Assembly: GCF_009914755.1 (NCBI RefSeq)
Contig: NC_060930.1
Source of the DNA: the human T2T-CHM13v2.0 reference genome, Homo sapiens
DNA: 64,000 bases
Reading direction: 5' to 3' (one strand)
Below are positions 12,168-27,278 of the stretch, piece by piece; within the stretch, counting starts at the first letter, position 1, and every line of letters begins with the position of its first letter. The notes under the pieces are model-generated. The model ran no database searches, was not told the origin of the DNA, and saw only the letters and a list, made by a program, of their open reading frames with translations. The position numbers and the translations under genes were made by a program.

Positions 12168-13520
12168 TGGAGAAAGAACTTTATTTTAAAAATTGACTAA
12201 TTAAATAAATTTTAATGCTTTAATAAAACCTGAAGATGTTTTTTTCCAGAGCCAACTGGAACCAAAAATTGGGTCAAAAATCCTTTTGCTGTTCTGAAGT
12301 TTTAGCATTCAACCTCCCACTTCTTATTGGGGTATGCTCTTATTGTAGCATTTGATGGAAACATTAAAAACAGTCTTCAGTGAGAAATGGTTTCATAATT
12401 TAAGAGCTTTGTTTGATCTGAATATTTACATCTATTTTTCAGACATGAAATACCTAACTATTCTTGATGACTCACATTTAGAAATTAGAGATTTTCTGTT
12501 TTATTAGAAAAAGAACAAGGGCAGTAACCTTACTGAGTCTGAAATTTCACACAATTTGGTTTTGTTTTTTTAAAAATACTAAACTTGTAAAGTTTTCTGA
12601 AATTTTTGAACTCTTGTGTGTCAAATGCCTTTGTATCTGTGAGTAGTATGATCATGAGAAACAATATTGGTCTAGGCAATTAATTAAATCTGCCACATAA
12701 AGCTGGGTATGGAGGATGATTCAGAATTCACAGTCTAGCAGGGGCGAACATCAAGTTACTATAAAATAGAGATGATAGTCATAATTTTCTTGTAGGCTAT
12801 AAGAGGCATTAACATGTTAAGTAATTGTAAGTGCTTGATAAATGTTTACAGTTATTCTGGTGTTTTATACTGTAAACTCAGAACTGTATGAGAGACATAT
12901 GTGTAGTGATAATTTAGATGAAAAGGTAATTTTGTACTGGGGTTGTCAAGCAGAGTATATTGAAGCTCTTCTTTAGGTAGGACATACAAGCACATGGAGA
13001 TTGGGAGAATAGCATTCAAGGAAGAAATGCAGCCTTTGGCAGACCCACAGAAATAAGCAAGTATATGGTATTTTTGAGGAGTAAAAATCCAGTGTGACTA
13101 GACTGTATGAGCTATGTCAAAGTACTGTGTAATCTGTAAAGGAGACAGCATACTATAGTGGAAAGATAGAAGGCTTAGAAGTGGGCATAATATTCCAGAA
13201 ATGGATATAATTTTAGTTTTGCCTCATTTTAGCTATGTAGTCTTTGATGGATTATTTAACTTTTTATTTCCTTTTTTTCTCATTGGTAAATGAGATAGTG
13301 AGTGTTAATGCTTTGTTGTGTGGGAGATGTGAAGAATTTAGAATAGTGCTGGTACATGAAAGAAATGCAGTATGTCCCCGCCTTTGCTGTACCTCCTTTA
13401 TTCTCTTCCTTGTTAGTAGCTTTACTTATATAATGATTTTTAGAAGACAATTTTTGTACAATTAATTTTTTTGTAGAACTGGAAAGTATTAAAGGTTACT
13501 TATGATAAGAAAATACTAAT

Positions 13521-13830
13521 AGCTGAGTGTGGTGGCTCACACCTGTAATCCCAGCACTTTAGGAGGCTGAGGTGGGTGGATCACTTGAGCCCAGGAGTTC
13601 AGGACCAGCCTGAGCAACATGGCAAACCCCATCTCTACAAAAAAAAAAAATACAAAAATTAGCCCAGTATGGTGGTGAGCGCCTGTGGTCCCAGCTACTT
13701 GAGAGGCTGAGGTGGGAGGATTGCTTGAGCCTGGGAGGCAGAGATTGCAGTGAACAGAGTTCTTACTACTGCCTGGGTGACAGAGTGAGGCCCTGTCTCA
13801 AAAAAAAAAAAAAAAAAAGAAAAAAGAAAA
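13521..13830 (+). mobile_element. AluJ
   Basis: Sense dimer, A tail, aaaatacta flanking repeat. Confidence 0.92.
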
Positions 13831-14739
13831 AATACTAGTTACAGTGTTTTTTTTAAAATGGACTTAATTTCATGTATCCTTTTATTGACACCTCTCTTCT
13901 TTTTTGTGCTTAGCATGGGTTCTGATACATTATAGAAATTAACATTTATTGACTTTGTGCAGTTTGAAATGTGAAAAATCTCAAAGTGCCCCCTTAATTG
14001 TGCTGGCAGTTAAATTAATGGATGGATTCAATATAGGCAGTCACCTCAATTTATGAGTGAACCCTATTTAAATATGAAATAATGTGGAATTATTTTTTTC
14101 TTTTTAAAATAAATGACTCATAATTTGTGGTAATAATAGCTATTTAGATGTTTTTATCTAATGTGACTCCTTCCTTTGATTAAATCTTTTTTTTTCATTT
14201 TTTGCAAATGATTCTGTTAATACAAACTACTTGGGAAAAATTATGTTTAGTGTGAGAGGAAGAAATAAAGCTCTTGGGTAAAATATAACTAGGCTGCTCA
14301 GACTTCATTGACTTGCCTGGGTTGGGGCTAATGAGTAGTCCATTTCACCTTAAGTCCAATTTTAAGAGATATTAAAATTCATGAAAAAGAAACCACATTT
14401 TAAAAAAGGTCTGAAATTATCAGAAAGAAAGGATTTTATTCTTATAAGAGCACCTTGAACAAAATAGACATTTCTTTTCAATAATATGGATTGTTTGCCT
14501 CTTGTCTATGAAGTGCTAACTGCAAATAACACATTAATGAACACAGTTTCTCAAGGTCACTGGAACAACTTGCAAAGGTATTTAGGGACACTATATTTCA
14601 AGAGATGAGAAGTTTTCCTATAGCACGCAAAAAACTATTTAAATTACTTAAAAATTTACCGTGAGGTCTGGTGAAAGGTGAAATGTGAAAAATTTTACTG
14701 TGAACTCTAGGTTAGTTAAAAAATTATGGTTACTGTTCA

Positions 14740-15186
<447 letters not shown>

Positions 15187-16023
15187 TGATGGTTATCTCT
15201 GTTTTGTACCTTTCCATGCTATTGGTTGCATGTAGTGTGCTTCTTTTGTTGTTTTGGGGGTGAAGTTAGATTACTTTTTGTCTTGATAAACAATTTCATA
15301 GATTCACAGAATGTCAGAGCTGAGGTAACTGTAGTGGTTTTCTAGTTCCGCATTGTAATTTTATGGCCCAGGAAATTGATTCCTAGAGAATTTCAGTGAA
15401 ATAACTAGGTAATGACAACTGTACAAGAACATAAGTCTTCTGACTTCCAGTACAGCTGATATTTCTATTGTAGCATGACATCTTTCTTTACAAAGAGTTT
15501 ATTTGGAGATCATGATTTGATGCAGTGAAATTCTTCCTGTCCAGATTACTTCTTAGGATTCTCCTTTGTTGTCCTCTCTCCTTAGAGTCCTTGTATCACC
15601 AAATCCTACTTTGTTAGTAAAACTGTTTTCCTTGCTCTAGAATATCTGCCACATCTGTCCCACCTTCTTGTATCTTACTCATATTTCATTGTGTAACTCT
15701 TATTTCTTCTTTGAAGCCTTCCATATCTGCTCCAGTTCAAACCTGTCCTTTCTAATTTTTGAAATATTTGTAGTTTATATTAAATATTTTACTCTCATTA
15801 TGTATTCAAGTTTTATCACTAATTTTTTTCTAGTATGCATGTTTTCTTCTCAAGTTCTGTTAAGTGTGCATTTAAATTATTAAGAAAAATCTTGTTAGGA
15901 TTGTTGGTGATAGGCTACTGATGGAGTGTAGACACTCTTGTGATAATATTGGTTGACAATGATGCCATATAGTTAGACCTAGATATTTGTTTATTAATTC
16001 ATTCAAAAATATGTAGCAGATAC

Positions 16024-16371
16024 TGCTGTAGTTTGAATTATGGTTCTTTCCAAAATTCATGTTGAAATTTAATTTCCATTGTGGTGATATTAATAGGTAG
16101 GATCTTTTTGAGAAATGAATAAGTCATGAGGGCTGTGCTCTCATGAATGGGTTAGTGCCTTATGAAAGGGCAGGAGGGTATTAGCTTAGGCCCTTTTTTG
16201 CCATTCTGACATGTGATGACATAGCAAGAGGGCCCTCACCAGATATAAAATCTGCTGGCACTTTGATCTTGGATTTCTCAGACTCCAGAAAAGTGAGAAG
16301 TAAATTTATACTATCTTCATTACCTAGTCTCAGGTATTTTGTTATAGCAGCACAAATAAACCATATCAGAT
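16024..16371 (+). mobile_element. MST-type MaLR solo LTR
   Basis: ccaaaattcatgttgaaatttaat start; cctagtctcaggtattttgttatagcagcacaaa end. Confidence 0.8.
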
Positions 16372-16493
16372 ACCTAGAATAAGCCTGGCCCTATGCTAGG
16401 TGCTGGGTGGATTGCAGAAGCGAATAGGGGGTGGTAAGTACAGGGTGCTAGAGTAGCACAAAAGAAGATTATTTAATTTAGAAAGCTATTTGT

Positions 16494-16841
<348 letters not shown>

Positions 16842-17045
16842 CTAAGCTGAGAAGTGAAGATGAGTTGAAGGTGGGCTTCGTGGATGAAAGTAAATTTCCT
16901 TGACAAAAGAAACAATACATTTAAGTGTGAGATGGAATAGGGTATTCCATTTTCAAGGAATTAAAGATCAGGGTGACTGAATTATTGGGTACAAGATTGA
17001 GAACCACCTAGGGATCTTGTTAAAGTGCACACTCTGATTCAAAAT

Positions 17046-17435
17046 TCAGTCTGCTAGGGCTACCATAACAAAATACCACAGACTTAGTAGCTTAAACATC
17101 AGATTTATCTTCTCACAGTTTTGGACGATTAGAAGTCCAAGATCAAGATACTGTCAGGGTTGGTTTCTGGTGATGCCCCTCTTCTGGCTTGTAGAGGACC
17201 ACTGTCTCCTTGTTTTCTCACTTGGTCTTTCCTTTGTATTGGAGGGTTGGGGAGGGCAATGGTGGGCTGATGTCTCTTCCTCTTTTGTAAGGATACTAGT
17301 CCTATCTCATTAGGGTGTTACCCTTAGGACCTCATTTAACCCTATTTACCACCCCCACAAAGGCACTATTGCCAGACACATTGGGTGTTAGGGTTTCAAT
17401 ATATGAATTTCGAGGGAACTTTTTATTCAGTTCCT
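17046..17435 (-). mobile_element. MLT1A-type MaLR LTR nested in a MER5A-like element (about 16985-17530)
   Basis: gctagggctaccataacaaaataccacagact and aagtccaagatcaag motifs; MER5A halves on both flanks. Confidence 0.7.
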
Positions 17436-18222
17436 AGTAAGTAGATGTGGGGTGGAGCTTGAGATACTACATATCTCACAAGCTCCCAGGTTACACTGTT
17501 GCTGCTGGTCTAAGAAACACACTTTGAGTATCAAGAAGTAGTCAACTATTCCTGATCATCTACCCATAGCTGCTTAATGATTCACTTTTGAAGATGGGAG
17601 TGAGTCTGAGTTCTCAGTTCTTAGAGCTTGAAAAAGGTTGAGAACACAAGCGCGAATGGTTATAAATGATCACTTCTGAATAAATGAAGCTTGTTTGAAA
17701 AGCTAAAGTAAAATTATCTTCAAATAAATGTTTCATTTTTAGCTGTCTGAAAATAGTTATTAAAGAAGATAAAATAAATTTGAAATTTGTACATCTTACT
17801 GCTTCTTTCTATAGTCGTAAAAGTACTAATTTTAAGTAGTATTCCCAGACTTGATTAGGAAGTAGTCTGAAAATCACTAGCCTAGAGGACTTGTCTATGA
17901 TGAATTTGTTGTGCCAGAAGTGTCTTTTATTGTCGGTTTTTTTAGTCTCAAAAATGGTAATGGGTATTTGGATATTTTGCTTTTGTGTAAATGGTGGGAT
18001 AAGATGTATAAAGAGATTTTATTGCCTGAAGCCTTAATATTTGTAGTTTGGGGCTTGGGGTAAAAAGCTAACCAGGGCTGATTGTGATTAGCTGTTTAGA
18101 ATGCTCATATGTTCTGTTTTTATTTATTTATATAAGTCCTGTGACTAAACATGGCATGTAAATATACTGTTTTTAAAAATGATCATTCTTAATCTAATTT
18201 CTTATTATGTTACTTTCTTTAG

Positions 18223-18323
18223 AGACCAAGAAGCGTCAGTGTAAAGTTCTTTTTGAGTACATTCCACAAAATGAGGATGAACTGGAGCTGAAAGTGGGAG
18301 ATATTATTGATATTAATGAAGAG
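18223..18323 (+). CDS. CD2AP: CD2AP exon 4 (101 nt; [34 protein letters not shown]), SH3B N-half
   Basis: ttctttag acceptor, gag|gtaagg donor; SH3 motif seen in ORF 18207..18416; phase 1 to 0. Confidence 0.98.
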
Positions 18324-18762
18324 GTAAGGAAAAAATGTGTTACAGGTAAAACAGTAATGGTAATTGATGCTATGGATTTTAGAAAAATTAATTGTAAGAA
18401 TATTAGTCTTTTGTGAGAACTGTTGTCACTTTTTAAAAAAAATGGTATAGAGTTTCTTTACTCATCCTTGTTGTATTTATATATGTATTTGTATTTCCTG
18501 CCTTTAGGAATAAAAATGCCCCCTTAAAGCTAAAAATTAATGAAATCTAAGTAGTTAAGAACGTAAACAAGCCTTTTCTTTGATTCTGAATTTACCATAG
18601 GCAAAAAGCAGTGAAATAGAAGGAATTTTGCCTTAGAAGGAATACAAAGCAAAATCTTTTTAAACGCTTTGCCTTGTTTGAATTATCACATTCAAATATT
18701 AATAAAAATACTTTCCTATATTTTGATATCTTAGAATGGGATTTTAAAATATTTTAAAAATA

Positions 18763-21700
18763 GATCATGGACAGGAGGCAGGACTAGACTGCAGCTCCCA
18801 CTGGGATAGACAGAGCAGCATGTGGAGGCTCACATTGTGAACTTTTGCTCCAGAACGACTGCAGGAATATGTTAGGAAAGCCGAGAGAACCCACAGACCC
18901 TCTGAAGGAAGCAAACTGCTCCAGTAGGACCTGGGAGACACCCCAAATGCTCAGTCGCAGCAAGATCCACCCAAGGAGAGTCTGAGATCAGAAATGCCTA
19001 GCCCCGCCCGCACCTAATGGTCCTTTCCTACCCACCCTAGTAACTGATGACAAAGGGCATATACTCTTGGGAGCTCTAAGGCCCCGCCTATCACCTGTTC
19101 CTCCCCATACTACATAGCTGATGCTCTCTTGAAAGTGCCATCTCCCAGCAGGAGACCAACCAGCACAAAAATAGTGCATTAAACAGCCAGAGCTAAGGAC
19201 CTTCACAGAGTTCATTTCAATACCCCGCCCGCCGGTCCCAACCACCACTTCCACCAGAGCAGGTGCTGGTATCCACGGCTAAGAGACCCACGGATGGTTC
19301 ACATCACGGGACTCTGTGCAGACAACCCCCAGTACCAGCCCGGAGCCTGGTAGACTTGCTCTGTGGCAGAAGAGAGATAATCTCTACAGTTCAACTTTCA
19401 GGAAGCCACATCCCTAGGAAAAGAGGGAGAGTACTACGTAAAGGAGCACCCCATGGGACAAAAAGAAACTGAACATCCTTGAGCCCTACACTTCCCTCTG
19501 ACAGAGCCTACCCAAATGAGAAGGAATCAGAAAACCAACTCTGGTAATATGACAAAACAAGGTTCTTTACCATTCCCCAAAAATCACACTAGCTCACCAG
19601 CAAGGTATCCAAACCAAGAAGAAATCCCTGATTTACCTGAAAAAGAATTCAGAAGGTAAGTTATTTAGCTAATCAGGGAGGCATCAGAGAAAGATGAAGC
19701 CCAGTTTAAGGAAATCAAAAAAATGATACAAGAAGTGAAGGGAGAAATATTCAATGAAATAGATACCATAAATAAAAAATAATCAAAACTTCAGGAAACA
19801 ATGGATGCACTTACAGAAATGCAAAATGCTGTGGGAAGTTTCAGCAATAGAATTGAACAAGCAGAAGAAATAACTTCAGAGCTTAAAGACAAGGTTTTTG
19901 AATTAACCCAATCCAACAAAGACAAAGAATAAGAAAATATGAACCAAGCCCCCAAGAAGTCTGGGATTATGTTAAACGACCAAACGTAAGAATAGTTGGC
20001 CTTCTTGAGGAAGAAGAGAAATCTAAAAGTTTAAAAAAAAAATTGGGGGAATAATCAGAAAAACTTACCCAGCCTTGCTACAGACCTAGACATCCAAATA
20101 TAAGAAGTTTAAGAACACTTGGGAAATTTATCACAAAAAGATTATTGCCTGGGCACATTGTCATCACGTTATAATTGGCTTTCCTGAGGAAGAAGAGAAA
20201 TCTAAAAGTTTAAAAAACATATTTGGGGGAATAATCAGAAAAACTTCCCCGGCCTTGCCAGAGACCTAGACATCCAAATATAGGAAGTTCAAAGGACACC
20301 TGGGAAATTTATCACAAAAAGATTATCACCTGGGCACATTGTCATCAGGTTATCTAAAGTTAAGATGAAGGAAAGAATCTTAAGAGCTGTGAGGCAGAAG
20401 TACCAGGTAACCTATAAAGGACAGTCTATCAAATTAACAGCAGATTTCTCAGCAGAAACCATACAAGCTAGAAGGGATTTTCTATCTTGAGCCTCCTCAA
20501 CAAAACAATTATCAGCCAAGAATTTTGTATCCAGCAAAACTTAGCTTCATAAATGAAGGAAACATACAGTCTTTTTCAGACAAACAAATGCTGAGAGAAT
20601 TCACTACTACGAAGCCAGTACTGCAAGAACTGCTAAAAGGAGCTCTAAATCTTGAAGCAAATCCTAGAAACACATCAAAACAGAACCTCTTTGAAGCATA
20701 AATCTCACAGGACCTATAAAACAAAAATAGAAGTTAAAAAACAAAGACAAAAAACAAAAAAACTCAGGTATATAGGCAACAAATACCATGATGAATGGAA
20801 TGGTGTCTCACATGTCAATACTAATGTTGAGTGTAAATGGCCTAAATGCTCCATTTGACATATACAGAATTGCAGAATGGACAGGAATTCACCAACCCTC
20901 TGCTGCCTTCAAGAGACTCACTTAACACATAAGGAATCATAAACTTAAAGATGTAGAAAAAGACATTTCATGCAAATGGACAGCAGGAGTAGCTATGCTT
21001 ATATCAGACAAAACAAACTTTAAATCAACAGCAGTTTAAAAAGACAAAGAGGGACATTACATAATGTTAAAAGGCCTTATCCAACAAGAAAGTATCACAA
21101 TTCTATATATATATATGCACCTAACACTGGAGCTCTTTAATTTATAAGACAATTAGTAATAGGCCTAAGAAATGAGATAGTAAGACAATAATAGTGGGGG
21201 ACTTCAATACTCCACTGACAGCATTAGACAGGTCATCAAGACAAAGTCAACAAAGAAACAGTGAATTTAAACTATACCCTGGAACAAATGGAGTTAACAA
21301 ATACTTATACAACATTCTACACAACCACCACAGAATATACATTCTATTCAACAGTGCATGTTCTTTCTCCAAGATAGACCATATGATAGGCCACAAAGTG
21401 AACCTCAGTAAATTTAAGAAAATTGAAATTATATCAAGCACTCTCTCACACCACAGCGAAATAAAACTGGAAATCAACTCCAAAAGGAGCCTTGAAAACC
21501 ATGCAAATACGTGGAAATTAAATAACTTACTCCTGAATGATCATTGGGTCAGAAATGAAATCAAGATGGAAATTAAAAAATTCTTCTTACTGAACGACGA
21601 TAGTGACACACCTTTCAAAACCTCTGGGATAGCAAAGGCAGTGCTAAGAGGAAAGTTAATAACCTAACTTTTAACTTAAAAGTCAACTTAAAAGTTAAAA

Positions 21701-24700
21701 GTTGATGCCTACATCAAAGACTGTGAAAGAGCACAGACCATTTAAGGGCACCTCAAGAAACGAGAAAAAGAAGAACAAACCAAACCCAAACTCGGCAGAA
21801 GAAAGGAAATAACCAAGATCAGAGCAGAACTAAGTGAAATTGGAACAAACAGAAAATACAAAAGATAAATGAAACAAAAAACTGGTTCTTTGAAAAGATA
21901 AATAAGATTGATAGACCATTAACAAGGTTAACCAAGAAAAGAAGAGAGAAAATCCAAATAAGCTCAGTTAGAAACAAAGCAGGAGATATTACAGTTGACA
22001 CCACAGAAATACAAAAGGTCATTCAAGGCTACTGTGAACTTTTTTCTGCACATAAACTAGAAAACCTAGAGGAGATGGCTGAATTCCTGTAAAGATACAA
22101 TCCTCCTTGATTAAATCAGGAAGAATTACATATGCTGAACAGAACAATAACAGGCAGCGAGGTTGAAGTGGTAATTAAAAAATTACCAACAACAACAAAA
22201 AAGATCCAGGACCAGACGAATTCACACCAGAATTCTACCAGACATTCAAATAATTGGTACCAATCCTGTTGACACTGTTTCACAAGATAGAGAGAGGGAA
22301 CCCTCCCTAAATCATTCTGTGAAGCTAGTATCATCCTAATACCAAGACCAGGAAAGGACATAACAAAAAAAGAAAACTACAGACCAATATTCCTGATGAA
22401 TATAGATGCTAAAATCCTAAACAAAGTACTAGCTAACTGAATCCAACAACATATCAAAAAGATAATACACCACGATCAAGTGGGTTTCATATCAGGGATG
22501 CAGGGATAGTTTAACATACGCAAGTCAGTAAATATGATATGTCACATAAACAGAATTAAAAACAAAAATCACATGATCATCTCAATAGATGCAGAAAAAA
22601 CATTAGACAAAATCCAGCATCACTTTATGATTAAAACTCTCAGCAAAATTGGCATATAAGGGACATACATCAGTGTAATAAAAGCCGTCTATGCAAAACC
22701 ACAGCCAACATAATACTGAATGGGGAAAAATTGAAAGCATTCCCTCTGAGAACTGGAACAAGACAAGGATGCCTGCTCTCACCACTCCTCTTCAACATAG
22801 TACTGGAAGTCCTAGCCAGAGCAATTAGACAAGAGAAAGAAATAAAGGGCATCCAACTTGGTAAAGAGGAAGTCACACTGTCACTGTTTGCTGATGATAT
22901 GATCGTTTACCTTGAAATCCCTAAAGACTCCTTCAGAAAGCTCCTAGAACTGAGAAAAGAATTCAGCAAAGTTTCCGGGTACACAATTAATGTACACAAA
23001 TCAGTAGCTCTTTTATATACCAACAGCAGTCATGTGGAGAATCAAATCAAGAACTCAACGCCTTTTACAATAGCTGCAAAAAAAAAAAAAAAAAAAAAAT
23101 AAGATGCTTAGGAATATACCTAACCAAGGAGTCAAAAGACCTCAACAAGAAAAACTACAAAAACCTGCTGAAAGAAATAGACGACAAAAACAAATGGAAA
23201 CACATCTCATGGTCACGGATGGGTAGAATCAGTATTGTGAAAATGACCATACTGCTAAAAGCAATCTACAGATTCAACAGAATTCCTATACATACCACCA
23301 TCATTCTTCACAGAATTAGAAAAAACAATTCTAAAATTCATATGGAACCAAAAAGAGCCTGCATAGCCAAAGCAGGACTAAGCAAAAAGAACAAATCTGG
23401 AGACCTCACATTACCTGATTTCAAATTATACTATAAGGCCACAGTCACCAAAACAGCATGGTACTGGTATAAAAATAGGCATATTGACCAATGGAACAGA
23501 ATAGAGAACCCAGAAATAAACCCAAATACTTACAGCTAACTGATCTTCGACAAAGCAAACAAAAACAAAAAGTGGGGAAAGGACATCCTTTTCAACAAAT
23601 GGCACTGGAATAATTGGCTAGCCACATGCAGGAGAATGAAACTGGATCCTCATCTCTCACCTTATACAAAAATCAAATCAAGATGGATCAAGGACTTAAA
23701 TCTAAGACCTGAAACTGTAACAGTTCTTGAAGATAACATTGGAAAAACCCTTCTAGACATTGACTTTGGCAAGGATTTTGTGACCAAGAACCCAAAAGCA
23801 AATGCACTAAAAACAGATAAATAGCTATGACCTAATTAAACTAAAGAGCTTTTGTATGGCAAAAGAAACAGTCAGCAGAGTAAACAGACCACAGAGTGGG
23901 AGAAAATCTTCACAATCTATACATCTGACAAAGGACTACTATCCAGAATCTACAATGAACTCCAACAAATTAGCAAGAAAAAAACAATCCCATCAAAAAG
24001 TGGGCTAAAGACCTAATAGACAGTTCTCAAAAGAAGATATGCAATGGCCAACAAACATGAAGACATGTTCAACATCACCAATTATCAGGGAAATGCAAAT
24101 CAAAACCACAATGTGATACCACCTTACTCCTGCAAGAATGACCATTAAAAAAAAAATAGATGTTTGTGTGAATGTGGTGAACAGGGAACAGTTCTATACT
24201 TCTGGTGGGAATGTAAACTAGTACAGCCACTATGGAAAACAGTGTGGAGATTCATTTGAGAACTAAAAGTAGAACTATCACTTGATCCAGCAATCCCACT
24301 ACAATCCCAGAGGAAAAGAACTCATTATATGAAAAAGATAGTTGCACACACATATTTATAGCAGCACAGTTCACAATTGCAAAAATGTGGAACCAACCTT
24401 AATGCCCATCAATCAATGAGTGGATAAAGAAACCGTGGTATGTATATATGTGCTGGAATACTACTCAGCCATAAAAAGGAATGATTTCATGGCATTCGCA
24501 GCTACCTGGATGAGATTGGAGACTATTATTTTAAGTGAAGTAACTCAGGAATGAAAAACCAAACATCATATGTTCTCACTTGTAAGTGGGAGCTAAGCTA
24601 TGAGGATGCAAAGGCATAAGAATGACACAATGGACTTTGGGGCCTCGGGGGAAGAGGGTGGGAAGGGGATGAGGGATAAAAGACTACAAATTGGGTGCAG

Positions 24701-24820
24701 TGTATACTCCTCAGGTGATGGGTGCACCAGAATCTCACAAATCACCACTAAAGAACTTACTTATGTAACCTAACACCACCGGTTCCCCAATAACCTATGG
24801 AAATAAAAAAAAGAAAAAAA
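18763..24820 (+). mobile_element. Near full-length LINE-1, L1PB1-like (5'UTR, disrupted ORF1 and ORF2, 3'UTR, A tail)
   Basis: ORF2 fragments: endonuclease GDFNTPLT and [13 protein letters not shown]; L1PB-type 3'UTR ending ...ccccaataacctatggaaataaaa; many stops and frameshifts. Confidence 0.92.
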
Positions 24821-25219
24821 ATTTTAAAATAATTTTTTACATCTCTGCTTTTATCATTTGAAGGAGTATTAAAGTTTAATTTCACAGTTGAAGGTCATGT
24901 TTTCAACATGTATGTTTTGATACCATGTATTATAGCACAGATTGATTTTGTGTCAAAACACCCTGTAATGTAATTTATCACTAGTGTTTTTATGTTTATA
25001 CAAACTTAGATTGTGTTTATACAAAGGCTGTTCTATTTTATTTTCACTTGGTTGCAGTAATAATAGTTAACATTTCTTGAGCTTATGTTATGGTTGAAGC
25101 ATTGTGCTGAGAGTTTCACATTTATTATATCCTTGAAAGTTTTAAAAAACCTAAGAAGATAGGTATTTTTATCCCCATTGTACATAGGAAGAGACTAAAT
25201 CAAAGAAGATAAGTGGTGG

Positions 25220-25720
25220 CTGTTTTAGTTACTGTTGTTGCATACCAAGCCATCCCAAACTTGGTGGCAAAGAATAACGGTTGTATTATGCCTGTGAGTC
25301 AAGAATTCAGATGGGGTATAGCCCAAATGGCTTGTGTGGGGCCCTTAGCTGGAAAGATTCAATGGTGGGGTGTCCTGGAATAATAGGAAGGTTTTTTCAC
25401 TCACATATCTGGTGCCTAGAAACCTTGAAGACTGTAACTGCCAATTGGAGAGCCATTATGTTAGCCTTTCCATTTGGGTTGACTCTCTTACAGTGTAGGC
25501 ATCTCAAGGTCGTCGGACTTACTATATGGCAGTTCACGGCTCTTAAGTGCAAGCATTTCAGCACATATTAGCTTTATTGCCCTTTACAAACTAGCATCTG
25601 TTGGTTACAAGTGAGTCGTAAGCCATCAAGATTTAAGGGGTAGGGAACAGAGACCACCACTTCTTGGTGGGAGGAGTGTCAAGGTCACAATTGTAGGATG
25701 AGAGATCTTCTTACAGCCAT
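25220..25720 (-). mobile_element. Old MLT1 MaLR LTR
   Basis: Degenerate MLT1 motifs; boundaries approximate. Confidence 0.5.
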
Positions 25721-25750
25721 CTAAGTCTGAATTTCAGTCCTTGCAGTCTG

Positions 25751-26225
25751 TTTTTTTTAAATTTTTTAATTTTTTTATTTCAATAGGTGTTTGGGGAACA
25801 GGTGGTGTTTGGTTAGATGAATACATTCTTTAGTGGTGATTCCTGAGATTTTGGTGCACCCATCACCTGAGCAGTGCACACTGTACCTAATGTGTAGTCT
25901 TTTATCCCTTGCCACCCCCATTCTTTCCCCCCAAGTCCCCAAAGTCCAATGTATCATTCTTAAGCCTTTGCTTCCTCATAGCTTAGCTCCCACATATGAG
26001 TGAGAACATACGATGATTGGTTTTCCATTCTTGAGTTACTTCACTTAGAATAATAGCCTCCAGTTCCATCCATGTTGCTGCAAATGCCATTATTTTGTTC
26101 CTTTTTATGGCTGAGTAGTATTCCATGATGTGTGTGTATATATACACACCACATATTTTTAAATTCACTTGTTGATTGATGGGCATTTGGGCGGGTTCTA
26201 TATTTTTGCAATTGCAGATTGTCAT
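25751..26225 (-). mobile_element. L1PB 3' end fragment, antisense
   Basis: Reverse complement of the same 3'UTR type as 24380-24810; minus ORF MEYYSAIKRNKIMAFAATWMELE. Confidence 0.88.
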
Positions 26226-26945
26226 GCAGTCTATTTTTGTGTATTTTTTTACCACTGTACTACTCTGCCTCCTAAACCTAACTCCTCAGTTGTTGCCAGT
26301 TGGGGTTCCAGGTATAGGTAATAGACAGCTGATGTTTCTCTCCGTTTGTTGTATTTATTCTAGTTTGGTCTACATCTAGTTTGGATCACTTCCAGTTCTT
26401 TGGTGCTTCTTTAAGTCTGATAAAAATTCTGGTCACTTCATGCTTTACTGCCTTCCCTTTCTCCCCCAAACAGCTTGTATTCTAGCACCCATTTTTATTT
26501 TAGCTATACCTTCCATGAATAAATCATTTATTTTTAAGTTACTATAGTTTTACTTTTATTCAGCCTTTAATATCACATTGTTTTTGTCATTTCCTTTTGG
26601 GGGGGAGCATTTTTTTTTTATTCTTTCAAGCCCTTTCTGTTTGCTCCTAACAGCATTTTGTTCATATGTTAGTTATAGTACCTCTTAAATTGTATTGTAG
26701 CCATCTGCTTATTGTTTTTTTCTTTAAGTGTTTTATTGAAGAACAGGGATTTCTCATATGCAAGTTTGAATCTTTCCCTAGTAGTTAACACTGTGACTAA
26801 CACATATTGGCTGTTAGATGACTAACTTAGTAAAAGGTTGCCTACCTTTTATGAGATGGAAAACAATTAAAAATATTTTAAACAAGAAATAAATCTTTTT
26901 CTAGCTATATTGTGTGTAGTGCTGCTAAGTAAAATTTGACAGTGA

Positions 26946-27278
<333 letters not shown>

